This document shows, one piece after another, positions 7,791 to 9,794 of a DNA stretch of 9,794 nt. The translations under genes were made by a program, and so were the position numbers. The notes under the pieces were generated by a model. It saw only the letters and a program-made list of their open reading frames with translations. It was not told the origin of the DNA and searched no databases. Source of the stretch: a virus (Duplodnaviria; Heunggongvirae; Uroviricota; Caudoviricetes); IMG/VR virus record IMGVR_UViG_2609459845_000003. One strand, 5' to 3'. Position 1 is the stretch's first letter, and every line of letters starts with the position of its first letter.

Positions 7791-9712
7791 TCATCCTCTC
7801 CGGATAAGGCACGGGCGTAATCTGCCAGTGTTTTCTTGTTGGTTGCTGCACCATCCTCTTCCTTCAGGCTCGCCAGCAGTGCACTGAGATCCAGCTGCCA
7901 GCGGGAAATACTGATGCGCAGCGCCGCCAGCGCATAAACGAAGCAGTCGAGCGCCTCATTGCGTCGTTTTTTGCTGTCCCACAGTATTTTTTTCCTGCCA
8001 TCCACCCATTTTTCGACCTGCTCTTCAGCCGTCAGCTGCTGCGCTTCGGTCAGATCAAAAATATCCGGGTTATTCGGGAAGTGAACGGCACCGGGAAGCG
8101 GTTCATCCCCTTCCGGCGTCAGTGTGAAGCGGTTATAAATCTGCTCTTTCGCGGTATCCGTACCGATTTCGGTAAGGTAAACCCCGTTTTTGTTTCGCTT
8201 ACGTGGCATGCTGGCCACCGGCTTTCCGTAGACGGATGCCCCTTTAATGGGGATCACCCGGAACAGCCCATGTTTTTTCGAGCGTTCATACACGATGGTC
8301 GGGTCAATCCCGCCAGTATCCCAGCAGATACGGGATACCGACATTTCTGCACCATTCCGGCGGGTATAGGTTTTATTGATGGCCTCATCCACACGCAGCA
8401 GCGTCTGTTCATCGTCGTGGCGGCCCATAATAATCTGCCGATCAATCAGCCAGCTTTCCTCACCCGGCCCCCATCCCCATACGCGCATTTCGTAGCGATC
8501 CAGCTGGGAGTCGATACCGGCGGTCAGGTAAGCCACACGGTCAGGAACGGGCGCTGAATAATGCTCTTTCCGCTCTGCCATCACTTCAGCATCCGGACGT
8601 TCGCCAATTTTCGCCTCCCACGTCTCACCGAGCGTGGTGTTTACGAAGGTTTTACGTTTTCCCGTATCCCCTTTCGTTTTCATCCAGTCTTTGACAATCT
8701 GCACCCAGGTGGTGAACGGGCTGTACGCTGTCCAGATGTGAAAGGTCACACTGTCAGGTGGCTCAATCTCTTCACCGGATGACGAAAACCAGAGAATGCC
8801 ATCACGGGTCCAGATCCCGGTCTTTTCGCAGATATAACGGGCATCAGTAAAGTCCAGCTCCTGCTGGCAGATGACGCAGGCATTATGCTCGCAGAGATAA
8901 AACACGCTGGAGGGGTCATCCGGCGTCCATTTGAGGCCAAACGGCGTCTCTTTGTCGCCAAATTTAAGATACTGCTCCTCCCCGCAGTGCGGGCAGGCAA
9001 CATGAAAACGCATAAAATGCGGGGATTCACTGGCTGCACGCTCAATCTGGCAGGTGCCTCTCACTTTGGGCGTGGAGCCACGGATGGACTTTGGCCAGAC
9101 CGAGCCTTCAATACGCTTATCGCCCAGGAACGTCGGAGAGCCTTCCTGTTCAATATCCTCATCAAAGGCAGCAAGTTCATCATAACCCGCCACATCCACT
9201 GACTTTTCACGGTAGTTTTTTGCCGCTTTACCGCCCAGGCACCAGAAGCCACGACCATTGGAAAAACGCTTCATGGTGAGCGTGTTATCCCGGTGCTTTT
9301 TGCCATACCACGGGGCCAGCGCCAGCAGCGACGGAATATCACGAATAGTCGGTTCAACGTGGGTTTTCATAAAGTTCTCGGCATCACCATCCGTCGGCAA
9401 CCAGATAAGGGTGTTGCGCTGCTTATGCTCTATGAAGTAGGCATAAACACCCAGCAGCATTTTGGAATAACCAACACGGGCAGACTTCACCACATTCACC
9501 TCACGGATGTAGTCGCTGCCCATCGCATTCATGATGGCCCGCTGAAAGGGCAGTGTTTCCCAGCGCCCTTCCTGGTATGCGGATTCTTTCGGGAGATAGT
9601 AATTGGCATCCGCCCATTCAACGGCGGTCTGTGGCTCCGGCCTGAACAGTGAGCGAAGCCCGGCGCGGACAAAATGCCGCAGCCTGTTAACCTGACTGTT
9701 CGATATATTCAC
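7787..9712 (-). CDS. A: Terminase large subunit (lambda gpA-like), apparently full length at 641 aa
   Basis: The 641-aa ORF (MNISNSQVNRLRHFVRAGLRSLFRPEPQTAVEWADANYYLPKESAYQEGRW... ending ...ADYARALSGEDE) is near-identical to lambda gpA as recalled and has the same length. The start is GTG at 9710-9712, the stop TGA at 7787-7789. Confidence 0.95.
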   Translation of the reverse strand: MNISNSQVNRLRHFVRAGLRSLFRPEPQTAVEWADANYYLPKESAYQEGRWETLPFQRAIMNAMGSDYIREVNVVKSARVGYSKMLLGVYAYFIEHKQRNTLIWLPTDGDAENFMKTHVEPTIRDIPSLLALAPWYGKKHRDNTLTMKRFSNGRGFWCLGGKAAKNYREKSVDVAGYDELAAFDEDIEQEGSPTFLGDKRIEGSVWPKSIRGSTPKVRGTCQIERAASESPHFMRFHVACPHCGEEQYLKFGDKETPFGLKWTPDDPSSVFYLCEHNACVICQQELDFTDARYICEKTGIWTRDGILWFSSSGEEIEPPDSVTFHIWTAYSPFTTWVQIVKDWMKTKGDTGKRKTFVNTTLGETWEAKIGERPDAEVMAERKEHYSAPVPDRVAYLTAGIDSQLDRYEMRVWGWGPGEESWLIDRQIIMGRHDDEQTLLRVDEAINKTYTRRNGAEMSVSRICWDTGGIDPTIVYERSKKHGLFRVIPIKGASVYGKPVASMPRKRNKNGVYLTEIGTDTAKEQIYNRFTLTPEGDEPLPGAVHFPNNPDIFDLTEAQQLTAEEQVEKWVDGRKKILWDSKKRRNEALDCFVYALAALRISISRWQLDLSALLASLKEEDGAATNKKTLADYARALSGEDE

Positions 9713-9794
9713 TCAGCAACCCCGGTATCAGTTCATCCAGCGCGGCTGCTTTGTTCATGGCTTTGATGATATCCCGTTTCAGGAAATCAACATG
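9687..9794 (-). CDS. nu1: Terminase small subunit (Nu1-like), C-terminal fragment; the 5' end lies beyond the right edge of the window
   Basis: The minus-strand frame entering at 9794 translates to ...KAMNKAAALDELIPGLLSEYIEQSG-stop, matching the lambda Nu1 C-terminus as I recall it. The stop (9687-9689) lies inside the start of A, reproducing the lambda Nu1/A overlap. Confidence 0.8.
   Translation of the reverse strand, partial: HVDFLKRDIIKAMNKAAALDELIPGLLSEYIEQSG

Noticed and set aside
7414-7854. 146-aa minus-strand ORF spanning the A/B junction
   Set aside because: It is in a different frame from both A and B, overlaps both, and has an Arg/Cys/Pro-rich composition typical of an off-frame translation of GC-rich coding DNA.
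8081-9652. Plus-strand ORFs (158, 73, 105, 62, 60 and 119 aa) antisense to terminase A
   Set aside because: All lie inside the strongly supported A gene on the opposite strand, and none has a recognisable ribosome-binding site or a familiar protein-like sequence.
1-9794. A novel defence or toxin system hidden in the window
   Set aside because: Almost every base is accounted for by recognisable lambda-like morphogenesis genes or their remnants. The only unexplained DNA is the 343-bp I-J gap, which has no ORF.

Overview
The window is the late (virion morphogenesis) region of a lambda-like siphovirus prophage, with every gene on the minus strand. Read right to left: the Nu1 C-terminus, an intact terminase large subunit (A), a W stub, an N-terminally truncated portal (B), then intact C/Nu3, D, E and FI. 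After that come FII with a scrambled C-terminus, an I gene that has lost its own N-terminus, a 343-bp AT-rich non-coding gap, an N-terminal J fragment, and a side tail fibre (Stf-like) carrying a collagen-like Gly-X-Y shaft built from ten tandem 45-bp repeats. Three junctions read as internal deletions relative to the canonical lambda gene order: W to B, FII to I (removing the whole tail-shaft module Z-U-V-G-T-H-M-L-K), and J to the stf upstream region. That makes this most likely a defective prophage in an enterobacterial (E. coli-like) genome. I see no intact novel multi-gene system. The most intriguing unexplained sequence is the I-J gap, which holds a near-consensus sigma70 promoter and intrinsic terminators with no ORF, so it could encode a small RNA. 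All homology calls rest on my recall of lambda protein sequences and gene order; no database search was possible.
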